Virus record (IMG/VR): IMGVR_UViG_3300032280_000594
DNA: 64,000 nt
From: a virus
Lineage: Duplodnaviria > Heunggongvirae > Uroviricota > Caudoviricetes
Reading direction: 5' to 3' (one strand)
The notes below the pieces were generated by a model. The model was not told the origin of the DNA. It was given only the letters and a program-made list of their open reading frames with translations, and did no database searches. Position numbers and translations under genes: made by a program. Below are positions 17,874 to 27,244 of the stretch, piece by piece; position 1 is the first letter of the stretch; every line of letters begins with the position of its first letter.

Positions 17874-18752
17874 ATGAAACAAGATATGACTGATTGGATG
17901 AAAGATTATGCAGCTAAGCAAGATAAAGAAAAACAAACCATAGATGAAGCCACTAAAACAATCCTTGCTGCCATTAAAGGTGTCGATAGAGTTGGTTGTT
18001 TACCTTCAATCCTAGCTAACTTATTTGAAGCTATTGAGTATGAAGATGCCGACATGGATATGAATAACCAAATGGTTAAATGGGGTAATGAAACTTATGT
18101 AGGTAGAAAACTAAATAAACTAATACCTAATCTTGAAATCCTTTATAACTTCTGTAAAGAAAAAGAATATACAGAAGATAATACTTGGGAGTGGGGTTCT
18201 GGTGATAGAACTATTTGTTATATTCCTAATGAAACCAAACAAATCCTACTATTTGAAAATCAGAACATTCAATTTGTTGTAGTGTTTGATGGTTTTCAAA
18301 TACATGTAAGAGAAGTATTCAGATCTCTTATCAATGATAATGACCAATACTTCTATGGATATGATGGAACTTTTTATAGTTCTGTAGATGAACTAAGACA
18401 AGCTCTTAAACAAGATAATGGTTTAGAAATCGCTATATGCAATCTAACGGGTAACTGGTCTAGATTTTCTAATTCAATTGAAGGTAATAAGTATCCGGAT
18501 AAAATTGATTTAGATAATATGAAACAGAATAACTTTGGTGAGAAGTGTATGGCTTTTAGATATGGTGATAATAGAGATTGTGGTTATGTTTTCTCAACCT
18601 ATAAGCTTATGTTATCAGAAAAGTGTGAAATAAATGATATGAATAAAGCTTCTTATGTATTTTGGGATATGGTGGGAGCTACTAAGGAAATACCTAAGAA
18701 ATATATCAAATCTTTTAAAAGAGATGCTAAACTTACTAATCTTGGTGTATAA
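17874..18752 (+). CDS. hypothetical protein
   Basis: track ORF 17826..18752; first ATG after the hydrophobic false N-terminus is 17874 (MKQDMTDWMKDY). Confidence 0.5.
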   Translation: MKQDMTDWMKDYAAKQDKEKQTIDEATKTILAAIKGVDRVGCLPSILANLFEAIEYEDADMDMNNQMVKWGNETYVGRKLNKLIPNLEILYNFCKEKEYTEDNTWEWGSGDRTICYIPNETKQILLFENQNIQFVVVFDGFQIHVREVFRSLINDNDQYFYGYDGTFYSSVDELRQALKQDNGLEIAICNLTGNWSRFSNSIEGNKYPDKIDLDNMKQNNFGEKCMAFRYGDNRDCGYVFSTYKLMLSEKCEINDMNKASYVFWDMVGATKEIPKKYIKSFKRDAKLTNLGV

Positions 18753-18847
18753 TGTCAAAGGTGGTTAGAAAAGTTCCTCCGAGAGTTTTCTGTGAGGATG
18801 GCACTACCTTACTTAAAACTATACGTTCTCATAAGGATCAAAGGTAA
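18752..18847 (+). CDS. micro-ORF / gene remnant (copy 2 of the 75-bp element)
   Basis: TAATG overlap with stop of 17874..18752; MSKVVRKVPPRVFCEDGTTLLKTIRSHKDQR; probably the N-terminal remnant of a decayed FamB-like gene. Confidence 0.25.
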   Translation: MSKVVRKVPPRVFCEDGTTLLKTIRSHKDQR

Positions 18848-18855
18848 AGGTTATA

Positions 18856-18912
18856 GATAGTAATTTTATGACCTTACAGAAATGGAGAGATAACCAAATA
18901 GAAAGTGTATTA
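18856..18912 (+). repeat. 57-bp duplicate of the 3' end of FamB gene 21360..21632 (1 mismatch to 21568..21624)
   Basis: gatagtaattttatgaccttacagaaatggagaGataaccaaatagaaagtgtattac versus the same with A; encodes NFMTLQKWRDNQIESVL without an N-terminal part. Confidence 0.6.
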
Positions 18913-18921
18913 CTACAAATT

Positions 18922-18950
18922 GGTAAAAATATGAACGGATTTTTGACATT
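18922..18950. promoter_or_regulatory. motif copy E (ggtaaaaatatgaacggatttttgacatt)
   Basis: A/T stem gtaaaaat/atttttgac with loop ATGAACGG. Confidence 0.35.
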
Positions 18951-19258
18951 TAATCTTTAAATAGACTGTCTAATTTCTTATCTCTAATTATAGCTAATAT
19001 TTCAGGACAATCAGAAAAGTTCAAACTATTTTTCAATTCAATATCATCAAATATATTACCTATTAATTTAACTTCATCAAAATCATCTTCTAACACAGTT
19101 TTAGTTAGTTCATTTTGATCATAATTGTATGCAAATACAATTAACCTTGTATAATTGGCCACCAATCGATAAAGAGAATACCATTTATTGTTTATATAAA
19201 GAAATCTAGAAACACCATTTATCGTTTGACCTATATCATAAATGTTACCTTCTTTCAT
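18950..19258 (-). CDS. hypothetical protein
   Basis: ORF track 102 aa. Confidence 0.5.
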   Translation of the reverse strand: MKEGNIYDIGQTINGVSRFLYINNKWYSLYRLVANYTRLIVFAYNYDQNELTKTVLEDDFDEVKLIGNIFDDIELKNSLNFSDCPEILAIIRDKKLDSLFKD

Positions 19259-19437
19259 TATCTTTCCTCAGGCATTAAAATCCATAATATAATATAAGTC
19301 CAGAATATTGGGAATGGTGTAAATAATAAAAAAAAGAATACTATTTTCATTAAATCTTCATCTAGATCAAAATAATTGGCTAGACCACTACAAACTCCGG
19401 CAATACTACCGTTTTTCTTTCTTTCTAATTTTTTCAT
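19258..19437 (-). CDS. PspC-domain small membrane protein
   Basis: 59 aa, not in track; MKKLERKKNGSIAGVCSGLANYFDLDEDLMKIVFFFLLFTPFPIFWTYIILWILMPEER matches the PspC N-terminal domain signature (R-x-x-x-G-V-C-G-G-L-A-x-Y-F then a TM helix); stop overlaps the ATG of the downstream gene. Confidence 0.5.
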   Translation of the reverse strand: MKKLERKKNGSIAGVCSGLANYFDLDEDLMKIVFFFLLFTPFPIFWTYIILWILMPEER

Positions 19438-19521
19438 ATTTGGTCAGGATCAAGTTTAGTTTATCATATTGTTAAATAATTTATACAAAGATAGTGAATA
19501 TATTAAATATAAACCGTATTT

Positions 19522-19980
19522 TTGTATAAAATAAATATTGGTGGTTTGAAATATAACTCAGTAATTTCTAAAGAAGTTGAATGCTGGGTTGATGAAGATG
19601 CTACAAAATATATGTTTGAAGATCATACACAGACGAAAACATTAAATAATGGAATATGCAATCATAATATGCTTTCTGATAGTACCTATTCTATCAGATG
19701 TACTGGCCAAAATTATAAAAAAATAATGAAGAAAGGTGATTGGTTAGTATTTGTAGGTAGTGGTTCCAAATTTAGTCCTTATAAAACTGGTCAAAAGTAC
19801 CAATTATTTGAGGATTATGATGGAAGCAATTCTCTATGTCTAAGTAATATACCTATTAAACAATGGGAAAGACATACTTATTACAGAAATAAAAATAATA
19901 AGAAATATGGTAAAAGACAATACTTCTTTGTAACATTACAAGAGTATAGAGAAAAACAATTAGATAAAATTTTAATATAA
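19522..19980 (+). CDS. hypothetical protein
   Basis: ORF track 152 aa. Confidence 0.45.
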   Translation: MYKINIGGLKYNSVISKEVECWVDEDATKYMFEDHTQTKTLNNGICNHNMLSDSTYSIRCTGQNYKKIMKKGDWLVFVGSGSKFSPYKTGQKYQLFEDYDGSNSLCLSNIPIKQWERHTYYRNKNNKKYGKRQYFFVTLQEYREKQLDKILI

Positions 19981-20108
19981 AATATATGGGAGTAGATAGA
20001 AGCAGAGGACTTAATAGACGATTTAAAAATGGTTGGAGAAGTTAGTAAAATCCCCACACAAGAAGAAATATTAAAAGTATATAAAAGATTTAAAAATAAA
20101 TAAAAATT

Positions 20109-20933
20109 ATGAAAAACATACACATATTACCAACAGATAAATCAAGTAGGTTATATTTAGGAAATAATGGAAACTTTGTATTTGGAATGATGCAAACTTC
20201 AATTCAAAGTAGAAATGATGATTTTACAAACCAAAACATCTACATCACTTCTGATGAAGAAATTAAAGAGGGCGATTGGTTACTCAATCTAAATGGCATA
20301 TTTAAGGTAAAACCTAATTATATAAATTGTAACCCCACTTACAAAAAAATCATTCTCACAACAGATACAGACTTAATCAAAGATGGTGTACAAGCTATTG
20401 ATATTGAGTTTTTAGAATGGTTTGTTAAGAATCCAAGTTGTGAAGTGGTTGAGGTAACACAATTATGTAAAATAGGTTGTGAAAAATTAATTCTTAATGG
20501 AATTAATTCAATATGTTGTGGAGATAAAGAATACAAAATAATCATTCCAAAAGAAGAACCTAAAAAAAATTGGTATTGTGCTAAATGTGAAAGTTATGTA
20601 AGTTCAAAAAACGTAACATTTGAAGAAACACATCAAATATGTAATACAGGAGTTATTATTGAAAAAACTAAACAAGAAACCCTTGAAGAAGTTGCTGATA
20701 GATTAACAAAAGATTTTCCGCATTATTCAGTTAGAGATAGTATGGATGATACCGATATAAAAGGATGGCTTTTAGAATCTTTACAAAAAGGTGCTGAATG
20801 GCAACAAGAACAAATATTAGATTTTCTATATTCAGAAATAACAGAACGTAGAGATTACTCCGCATCTAAAATGAGTCTTGAATTACTTCAACGTTTGCAA
20901 TTGTTTCTTTATCAGGATTTTTGGAAAAAGTAA
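20109..20933 (+). CDS. hypothetical protein with Cys cluster (CCGDK...CAKCESY)
   Basis: ORF track 274 aa. Confidence 0.5.
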   Translation: MKNIHILPTDKSSRLYLGNNGNFVFGMMQTSIQSRNDDFTNQNIYITSDEEIKEGDWLLNLNGIFKVKPNYINCNPTYKKIILTTDTDLIKDGVQAIDIEFLEWFVKNPSCEVVEVTQLCKIGCEKLILNGINSICCGDKEYKIIIPKEEPKKNWYCAKCESYVSSKNVTFEETHQICNTGVIIEKTKQETLEEVADRLTKDFPHYSVRDSMDDTDIKGWLLESLQKGAEWQQEQILDFLYSEITERRDYSASKMSLELLQRLQLFLYQDFWKK

Positions 20934-21085
20934 TAGAATTTATTGAAAAATTGGAAATTACCATACAAACTAAAAGATAACCAAGGTAATGAAATTGAGT
21001 AATTCCTATTGGTTTCTGATGGAATGTGGTGACATTGTAAATCACCATTTTGATTAAAATTACTGAATAGAATAGAAAAGTTATT

Positions 21086-21367
21086 ATGATAGTTAAGTGT
21101 ATAAAGAAAATGAGATGGAATTTTTTATTAGATGGATTATGTTCAACTGATTCAGTATTCACTAGTATTAAAGTAGGTGATTGGATTGAAGTATATGAGA
21201 AATCTATATATGATATGACTAATAAGGATCCCAATAGTTCATCAAGTTACTTTTATAACCCACCACACTCTGCTAAACATATTGAGTATGCTTTTAATAA
21301 GAGTAACTTCATTACACTAGACCAGTGGAGGGATAAACAACTTAATACTCTTTTAGATAATGAATAA
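21086..21367 (+). CDS. FamB protein
   Basis: MIVKCIKK...FITLDQWRDKQLNTLLDNE. Confidence 0.55.
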   Translation: MIVKCIKKMRWNFLLDGLCSTDSVFTSIKVGDWIEVYEKSIYDMTNKDPNSSSSYFYNPPHSAKHIEYAFNKSNFITLDQWRDKQLNTLLDNE

Positions 21368-21632
21368 GATAGTTTATACGGGACCAACCTGTTACTTAGG
21401 TCAATGCCATTTCACCAGCGGTAAAACATATGATATTCATTCAAATAAGGCATTGAGGTATGAAGGAAGTGTGTATTACATTATAGCAGATAATGATATA
21501 TGGTATTATATAAATATGGGTAATTCACGTTCTCCATATAACTCTTTGGAAATTGTAGATAGTTTAGATAGTAATTTTATGACCTTACAGAAATGGAGAA
21601 ATAACCAAATAGAAAGTGTATTACAATGTTAG
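21360..21632 (+). CDS. FamB protein
   Basis: ends FMTLQKWRNNQIESVLQC; source of the 57-bp duplicate at 18856. Confidence 0.55.
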   Translation: MNKIVYTGPTCYLGQCHFTSGKTYDIHSNKALRYEGSVYYIIADNDIWYYINMGNSRSPYNSLEIVDSLDSNFMTLQKWRNNQIESVLQC

Positions 21633-21943
21633 TTAAGTGTATATCAACTAGTTCATCTGCGGATAGACCAGAAGCTCTTCATTTTAGGTGGTTGACATTG
21701 GATAAGATTTACAATGTGGAGGAGATACGTATCTTAAATTCGAATTCGGATAAGGTGTATTATTATATAATAGATGATTGTGGTGAGATTTCACCACACC
21801 CTAAACATTGTTTTATGGATTTAATGCTATGGAGACAACAACAGATAGAAAAAGTGCTAAATGATTCAGTAGTAAATCCGTTACCTCCGGTTTTAGAAGG
21901 TAAAAAAAATGTTAAGTGGGATGATGAAACATATTTAGAGTAA
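21626..21943 (+). CDS. FamB protein
   Basis: MLVKCIS...LMLWRQQQIEKVLND. Confidence 0.55.
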   Translation: MLVKCISTSSSADRPEALHFRWLTLDKIYNVEEIRILNSNSDKVYYYIIDDCGEISPHPKHCFMDLMLWRQQQIEKVLNDSVVNPLPPVLEGKKNVKWDDETYLE

Positions 21944-21965
21944 AATCCGTGTAGATTTTTACAAA
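21939..21965. promoter_or_regulatory. motif copy F (gtaaaatccgtgtagatttttacaaat)
   Basis: palindrome 20 nt upstream of the 21987 ATG. Confidence 0.4.
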
Positions 21966-21986
21966 TAATTTTTTTATATATACTTT

Positions 21987-22367
21987 ATGAGATATATAAA
22001 ATTATTTAAAGAATCAGCACAGAGTGGTGATAAAATCAATTGGAACACTTGGAATAACCAATTAAAACGTGATTGTGTTGACTTTACAGAGGATGAATTA
22101 AAGTTCTTGGAAAAGTTCAAACAGCATTGTACGAAGCATAACTATGAGGTAACTATAAGGGATTCTCATATAGTTATTATGCCTATTAAGTATAATGAAA
22201 CTATGGAACCTAAGAGTGAGATATGGAAACATGAGGGTTTCTTTGTAATTCAAAGGTCTAGAATGTGGAGAAGGTATGGTAATTCATATGAAGAAGGTAG
22301 TAGAGAAGCTTTTAGATGTGATGAGCAAAAGATTTATGATATAATAGGGAAATACGACTTATTTTAA
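21987..22367 (+). CDS. FamA-like protein (MRYIKLFKES), flanked by motif copies F and G
   Basis: ORF track 126 aa. Confidence 0.55.
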   Translation: MRYIKLFKESAQSGDKINWNTWNNQLKRDCVDFTEDELKFLEKFKQHCTKHNYEVTIRDSHIVIMPIKYNETMEPKSEIWKHEGFFVIQRSRMWRRYGNSYEEGSREAFRCDEQKIYDIIGKYDLF

Positions 22368-22372
22368 TAAAT

Positions 22373-22400
22373 GAGTAAAATACGTACGGATTTTTACAAA
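22373..22400. promoter_or_regulatory. motif copy G (gagtaaaatacgtacggatttttacaaa)
   Basis: palindrome between convergent genes. Confidence 0.4.
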
Positions 22401-22421
22401 TAATTATATTTTATCTACTTT

Positions 22422-22702
22422 CTATTTCTCATCAACTATTCGTATAAAAATACGTCTAATTAAATTTTCTGAAGGCAATACCGTACCAATATCATTATTG
22501 ATTAATGATTCAACTCGGGTTTCGTTTATCCCAGTTCCTTGAAAAGAAATCATAATTCTATCAATAATCACATATTTATTAGATAACCTTTGTAAAAATG
22601 GTATGAAATGATCTTTAATCTCATCCCAAGTAAATCCTGATTCTCTTTTAAGATTAAATGATACATTACCTGTTGTACAAAACCCTAGAATCAATATTTC
22701 AT
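22422..22702 (-). pseudogene. FamA pseudogene with internal deletion: MKY leader fused out of frame to the C-terminal half
   Basis: ATG AAA TAT TGA at 22702-22691 (ATGA overlap with upstream stop) then +1 frame encodes ...GFTWDEIKDHFIPFLQRLSNKY...; track ORF 22422..22694 starts at TTG. Confidence 0.45.
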
Positions 22703-23136
22703 ATCTTATCTACTATCTTTATATTTATTCCCCAAATAGGATAATCTAAACCGGTTTTATCATTTATCACTTGGTCTAATGATAAATATCTTAATCCACT
22801 TGTAGTATTAAAACAAACGTAAATGTGAGCAGTATCATCTAAATAAGGTATCAACTCATATCTTCTTTGTAACATCTGTAAAAATGGTATGTAGTAATCT
22901 TTTACATCATTCCAATTGAATTTTTGATAACCTATTGCATCATAGTTTTCATTGGGTAAACCTAAACTTACGATTATATGATTCTTTCCTGGATATTTCA
23001 CTTGATCTCTTACAGATAAACTAACATTATAACCTTCATCGTATAGGTAAGCAAATGAGGTATCACAGAACTCTTGTAGTTCTTCTTCAAAATTAAAAGA
23101 GGTTATATCTTCGTTGAATGGTTTAAGGTGTTTCAT
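22699..23136 (-). CDS. FamA protein
   Basis: MKHLKPFNED; FCDTSFAYLYDEGY; WNDVKDYYIPFL. Confidence 0.65.
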   Translation of the reverse strand: MKHLKPFNEDITSFNFEEELQEFCDTSFAYLYDEGYNVSLSVRDQVKYPGKNHIIVSLGLPNENYDAIGYQKFNWNDVKDYYIPFLQMLQRRYELIPYLDDTAHIYVCFNTTSGLRYLSLDQVINDKTGLDYPIWGINIKIVDKI

Positions 23137-23137
23137 A

Positions 23138-23602
23138 TTATCTTTTTATTTTGATCCAATTTACGTCTGTCATAACGTTTCTTCCTATTTTTAACATAGT
23201 ATCATTTAATACATCATCTAGTTTAAATGTTCTAGGTGTAACTGTACGATTGCCAAATCCATCATAACTCAATCCCATTTCGACTTCTATATTAGATAAT
23301 AAACCAAATTGATTTACAAATCTTGTTAAAAATGGTATAAAGTAATCCTTTATTTCAGACCAAGGTTTTGGTATAGATCTATTCGTACCTTCTACATTGA
23401 TAATTCTAATATACGATCTATCACTTAACAAGTCGTTATCATCGTGAGGACCATTTGATGGTCTTCTAACATCGATTGTATATCCTTCGTCTAGTAGGTA
23501 AGCTAAATGAGAGTTATTAGCGAAATCTAATACGTCACCTGCTTTTATATTGAACCAATTATCTCTGGCTTCATTGAATGGTTTAATATGTTTCATTATC
23601 AT
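23138..23602 (-). CDS. FamA protein
   Basis: MIMKHIKPFNEA; NSHLAYLLDEGY; WSEIKDYFIPFL. Confidence 0.65.
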   Translation of the reverse strand: MIMKHIKPFNEARDNWFNIKAGDVLDFANNSHLAYLLDEGYTIDVRRPSNGPHDDNDLLSDRSYIRIINVEGTNRSIPKPWSEIKDYFIPFLTRFVNQFGLLSNIEVEMGLSYDGFGNRTVTPRTFKLDDVLNDTMLKIGRNVMTDVNWIKIKR

Positions 23603-24002
23603 CTTTTAATTCTATATGTATTTTACACCAATAATCATTTCTGGTTAGTTTATCATTTACTAGTTCGTCAAAACTAACTTTCTCCCAAAGTCTTTTGTCT
23701 GAGGGTCCTTTTACTTGTATGAATACTAATTTTTCATCACCTATTTTAATTTGATGACCTCTTATTTTATTAAGTTGTATTAAGAATGGAATGAAATAAT
23801 CTTTTATATCATTCCATTTAAACCATTGATTACTTTCAAGTCTTATTTGACCACGGTATGTTCCACCTTGAGTATGATCATGAAAGGATTCTACATTAAG
23901 TTCAAAGTTATAATCATCTAGTAGATAAGCTAGATGTGTTTCACAGAAGTCTTTTAAATCTTCTTCGTTATTATCTTCGTTGAATCGTTTAATATATCTC
24001 AT
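23583..24002 (-). CDS. FamA protein
   Basis: MRYIKRFNED; FCETHLAYLLDD; WNDIKDYFIPFL. Confidence 0.65.
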   Translation of the reverse strand: MRYIKRFNEDNNEEDLKDFCETHLAYLLDDYNFELNVESFHDHTQGGTYRGQIRLESNQWFKWNDIKDYFIPFLIQLNKIRGHQIKIGDEKLVFIQVKGPSDKRLWEKVSFDELVNDKLTRNDYWCKIHIELKDDNETY

Positions 24003-24511
24003 TATTTAAAGTAATTTTTTATTTTGGTTAGAATAGATTTCTTTGGTTGTTTATAACCATCAATTAGAAACTCCATCTCTGTTATATAGGATTCTAAAAC
24101 ATCATCAGTATCATTATCAAATAAAAGACCTGACTTTGTATCATCATTGATTAGTTTATCTACTTCATAGTATAACTCTGTTTTACGATGAGGAAATCTG
24201 TTTCTAGCTGCTTCTAAGTCACGTGTTACTTCTATTTTGACATCACCATGGTTACGAACTTTAAGTTCATATTGATTAGATAATCTAGTTAAGAAAGGAA
24301 TCATATGATCTTTTATATCATTCCATAATCTAGGATTGTCATCTAATACTAATGTAAGTTTGAAACTTAAGCCTAAACCACCTCTAACTAACATTATAGA
24401 AATATCTAACTCTTCATCGATTAGATAAGCTAGATTCATTTCACAGAAATCTTTTAAGTCTTGAGCGAAGGTGTCACCTACTGCTTCATTGAATGGTTTT
24501 AAATGTTTCAT
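24002..24511 (-). CDS. FamA protein
   Basis: MKHLKPFNEA; FCEMNLAYLIDE; WNDIKDHMIPFL. Confidence 0.65.
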   Translation of the reverse strand: MKHLKPFNEAVGDTFAQDLKDFCEMNLAYLIDEELDISIMLVRGGLGLSFKLTLVLDDNPRLWNDIKDHMIPFLTRLSNQYELKVRNHGDVKIEVTRDLEAARNRFPHRKTELYYEVDKLINDDTKSGLLFDNDTDDVLESYITEMEFLIDGYKQPKKSILTKIKNYFK

Positions 24512-24513
24512 AT

Positions 24514-25746
24514 TTAGAGAATGAATTTATTTACAATACCAGATATTTGACTGGCACCATTTTGACATATATCATGGTGTTCTACTCCTGGTATAACTTC
24601 TAAAGATGTTTTATCATTTGGAAAATTACCTTTGTCGTCTTTTTCAGCTTGTTCCTTAGTAAGTTTACCTGAGTCGGTTTTACCCGCCCTAATAATTAAA
24701 CACTCAACACTATTATCTAACTTTTCTATTTCTTTTGGATCTCTCTGTAATGATCCAACCATACCAATCGCTTGACTGTGTAAGAAATCAATATTTGATT
24801 TTCTATCACCATTTTTTAAATCACAGTAGTAGTTCTTTTTATCTGGTGAATCATATTTATCTTGTACTATCCAAACATTATTAGGATTTTTAATACCTGA
24901 TAAAGTAATAATTGATTTGATGTATTCAATAGTTGTTTTACCATCATTTGGTATTTCTTCTTGCTTCACACCTTTTTTCCAAACAGAGGATGGATTATTT
25001 TTACTAGGATAGTGTTCACCTACTCCTTCTGTGAATGGTTCATCTATGAATTCAATTACAAGTTCTTTTGTTGCTCTCCATGTTTCATAATCTGATTGAT
25101 TGAAATCAAAATCTGATAGTTGGGCTTTACCAAAATCAAAATCAGATGGATTTTTTTTATGAACTTCTGGTTTATATGTATATTTGAATTGAATAATTTC
25201 GTCTTTTGTTGGATTAGTTGATTCTTGAGAATCTTTTTCATAAAAAGTAAAGGTAACACAATTATACCTTCTCATTGTGTTATTTTTCATTGTTGTACTT
25301 ACATATTTATCAGGTGCTATTGCATTAGGAGCAGCGGCATCTATACATATAAATTTACCTTTGAAATCTGATCCTAATTCTTTAATTATCCAAAATCCAA
25401 AAGTTGTACCCATTGAAAATCCTAGAATAGATAAATTAGGATATGATTTTAATTGTTCCGCGATTTCCTTACATTTATCTTTACCATTATCTTTAACGTT
25501 CTCATCATATGAAAATGTTATTAGGTTAAATGTTTTTTTTAACAGAGGAGCAAGTGCAGAATAGTCAGAAATAGGATTACCGCCACCACCTGGAATTAAA
25601 AGAAGTGTTGGTTTATTTTTATCATCATCTGATTTATCATCTATTGGATAAGGTTGAATAATAAATTTCTCAGGTGATAATTTTTCTTTATTATCTTCTA
25701 ATATAAGTCTAAATTGTTTATATAACTTTAAGTGTTTCATAATCAT
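24514..25746 (-). CDS. alpha/beta hydrolase (lipase/esterase-like) carrying a FamA-type leader
   Basis: MIMKHLKLYKQF leader; LLLIPGGGGNP oxyanion-region and nucleophile elbow GFSMG; 410 aa. Confidence 0.6.
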   Translation of the reverse strand: MIMKHLKLYKQFRLILEDNKEKLSPEKFIIQPYPIDDKSDDDKNKPTLLLIPGGGGNPISDYSALAPLLKKTFNLITFSYDENVKDNGKDKCKEIAEQLKSYPNLSILGFSMGTTFGFWIIKELGSDFKGKFICIDAAAPNAIAPDKYVSTTMKNNTMRRYNCVTFTFYEKDSQESTNPTKDEIIQFKYTYKPEVHKKNPSDFDFGKAQLSDFDFNQSDYETWRATKELVIEFIDEPFTEGVGEHYPSKNNPSSVWKKGVKQEEIPNDGKTTIEYIKSIITLSGIKNPNNVWIVQDKYDSPDKKNYYCDLKNGDRKSNIDFLHSQAIGMVGSLQRDPKEIEKLDNSVECLIIRAGKTDSGKLTKEQAEKDDKGNFPNDKTSLEVIPGVEHHDICQNGASQISGIVNKFIL

Positions 25747-25807
25747 TAAATTTTTTATTCATCTTCGACGTTGATTAACAATATTGCGGAATGGCTACAA
25801 AGTTTCA

Positions 25808-26353
25808 TTATTTAAAGTAATTTTTTATTTTGGTTAGAATAGATTTCTTCTCTTGTTTATATCCTTTAACATATAAACGTATATCACTTATTCTAGCATT
25901 CGGCCATGTGCTCTTATCTTCTATTAAATCTTTTATTTGACATTTCATATAAGATGATGGAGATATTGATGCAGTGTCTGGACGATGATTACCATCAAAA
26001 GATATATGAAGTCTTATATCTTCCACTTTTGATTTTATAGTTTTACCAGGAAATGCCTGACTAGTTATGTAACTAGAGTAAGATGCTTCTTTAAAAGGTT
26101 TATTATTTATTTCATATTTATTATCTAATCTAGTTAGGAATGGTATCATATGATCTTTTATTTCATTCCAACGTTTAGGTTCGTTTAGAAGTATTCTAAT
26201 CAGATGTAGTTCAGACCAACCACCAGGACTTTCTATAACTTGTAATTCGGCTTCATCTAATAGATAAGCTAGATTCATTTCACAGAAGTCTTGTAGTTCA
26301 TCTTCAAAACTAAAAGAGGTTATATCTTCGTTAAATGATTTTAAATGTTTCAT
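25808..26353 (-). CDS. FamA protein
   Basis: MKHLKSFNED; FCEMNLAYLLDE; WNEIKDHMIPFL. Confidence 0.6.
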   Translation of the reverse strand: MKHLKSFNEDITSFSFEDELQDFCEMNLAYLLDEAELQVIESPGGWSELHLIRILLNEPKRWNEIKDHMIPFLTRLDNKYEINNKPFKEASYSSYITSQAFPGKTIKSKVEDIRLHISFDGNHRPDTASISPSSYMKCQIKDLIEDKSTWPNARISDIRLYVKGYKQEKKSILTKIKNYFK

Positions 26354-26408
26354 AGTGTATATATAAAAATGAAAATATATAAAAGAAGATTATGTAATAG
26401 GTATCAAT

Positions 26409-26441
26409 AAAAAAGTCTTAGATTTCTCTAAGACTTTTTTT
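26409..26441. terminator. bidirectional intrinsic terminator
   Basis: aaaaaa-gtcttaga-tttc-tctaagac-ttttttt (perfect 8-bp stem). Confidence 0.6.
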
Positions 26442-26480
26442 ATGGTTCAATTTACGCTATGGCAAGAAAGATGAATAGAA

Positions 26481-26510
26481 AAAAGGAGACGTTAGAAGTC
26501 TCCTTTTTTA
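26481..26510. terminator. intrinsic terminator
   Basis: aa-ggagac-gttagaa-gtctcc-ttttttatt just downstream of the - gene ending 26530. Confidence 0.6.
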
Positions 26511-26529
26511 TTTCTCATTTTTATAAAAA

Positions 26530-26724
26530 TTACCTTTGATAAATGTATTTATTTTGATTGTGGTCATATTTAATACTACCAATATCACCACCATCATCTG
26601 TCATAAACATATCATCAGTTGTTTCTATAATAATATCATATTTTTTTGATATTATAGTAAGTTCATCAAGAAATTTATCTATTTTAGATTTATTTCTTTC
26701 ATTAAATTTCATTAAGTGTTCCAT
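26530..26724 (-). CDS. small acidic protein with FamA-like leader (MEHLMKFNERN)
   Basis: ORF track 64 aa. Confidence 0.45.
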   Translation of the reverse strand: MEHLMKFNERNKSKIDKFLDELTIISKKYDIIIETTDDMFMTDDGGDIGSIKYDHNQNKYIYQR

Positions 26725-26812
26725 ATTAAATTTTATTTTTATATATTATTTTTTCTGATTGTCCGTATTTTTTATATATTATTTTATATCCTATACAAAA
26801 AAAACATAATTT

Positions 26813-27100
26813 CTATTCTTTTACTGAAAGTAATAGTTTTAATTTAATTTCTCTTAATTCCTCTGTTGAGAAAAAGTAATCATTCCATGTATAAAGTCCT
26901 TTACCTTTATTATCAATAATATTTATAAAGAATTCCGGTTCTTTAGGAATAAATGAACCATCAATAGGTCCAGTATATGTTTCTCGTGTCCATCCAATTG
27001 AAAGAATCTCATATGCTTTACCTATAGTTAAATCGACATCTCCTAAACATTTTAAACTCGGGTATTTTTTAGCAATAACAAACCTTTTCATAGTTTGCAT
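26813..27100 (-). CDS. hypothetical protein
   Basis: ORF track 95 aa. Confidence 0.45.
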   Translation of the reverse strand: MQTMKRFVIAKKYPSLKCLGDVDLTIGKAYEILSIGWTRETYTGPIDGSFIPKEPEFFINIIDNKGKGLYTWNDYFFSTEELREIKLKLLLSVKE

Positions 27101-27244
27101 TTAGGTAATAGTAAACTCAATTCCACTTCCACCTTTAATAAAATTTCTAAACTTCTCAAGTTCAGTATTTCCTTTCTCTCTAGAAAAGTCTGCAATGTTT
27201 TGACCATGTTTATTCTCTATTTCATCAAATCTGTATATATTCAT
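27101..27244 (-). CDS. small hypothetical protein (47 aa)
   Basis: MNIYRFDEIENKHGQNIADFSREKGNTELEKFRNFIKGGSGIEFTIT; start overlaps upstream stop (TAATG) and its stop abuts the next ATG; not in track. Confidence 0.3.
   Translation of the reverse strand: MNIYRFDEIENKHGQNIADFSREKGNTELEKFRNFIKGGSGIEFTIT

Noticed and set aside
16217-18956. TTGACA hexamer inside palindrome copies D and E as a sigma70 -35 element
   Set aside because: No acceptable -10 hexamer at 16-18 nt spacing in either copy
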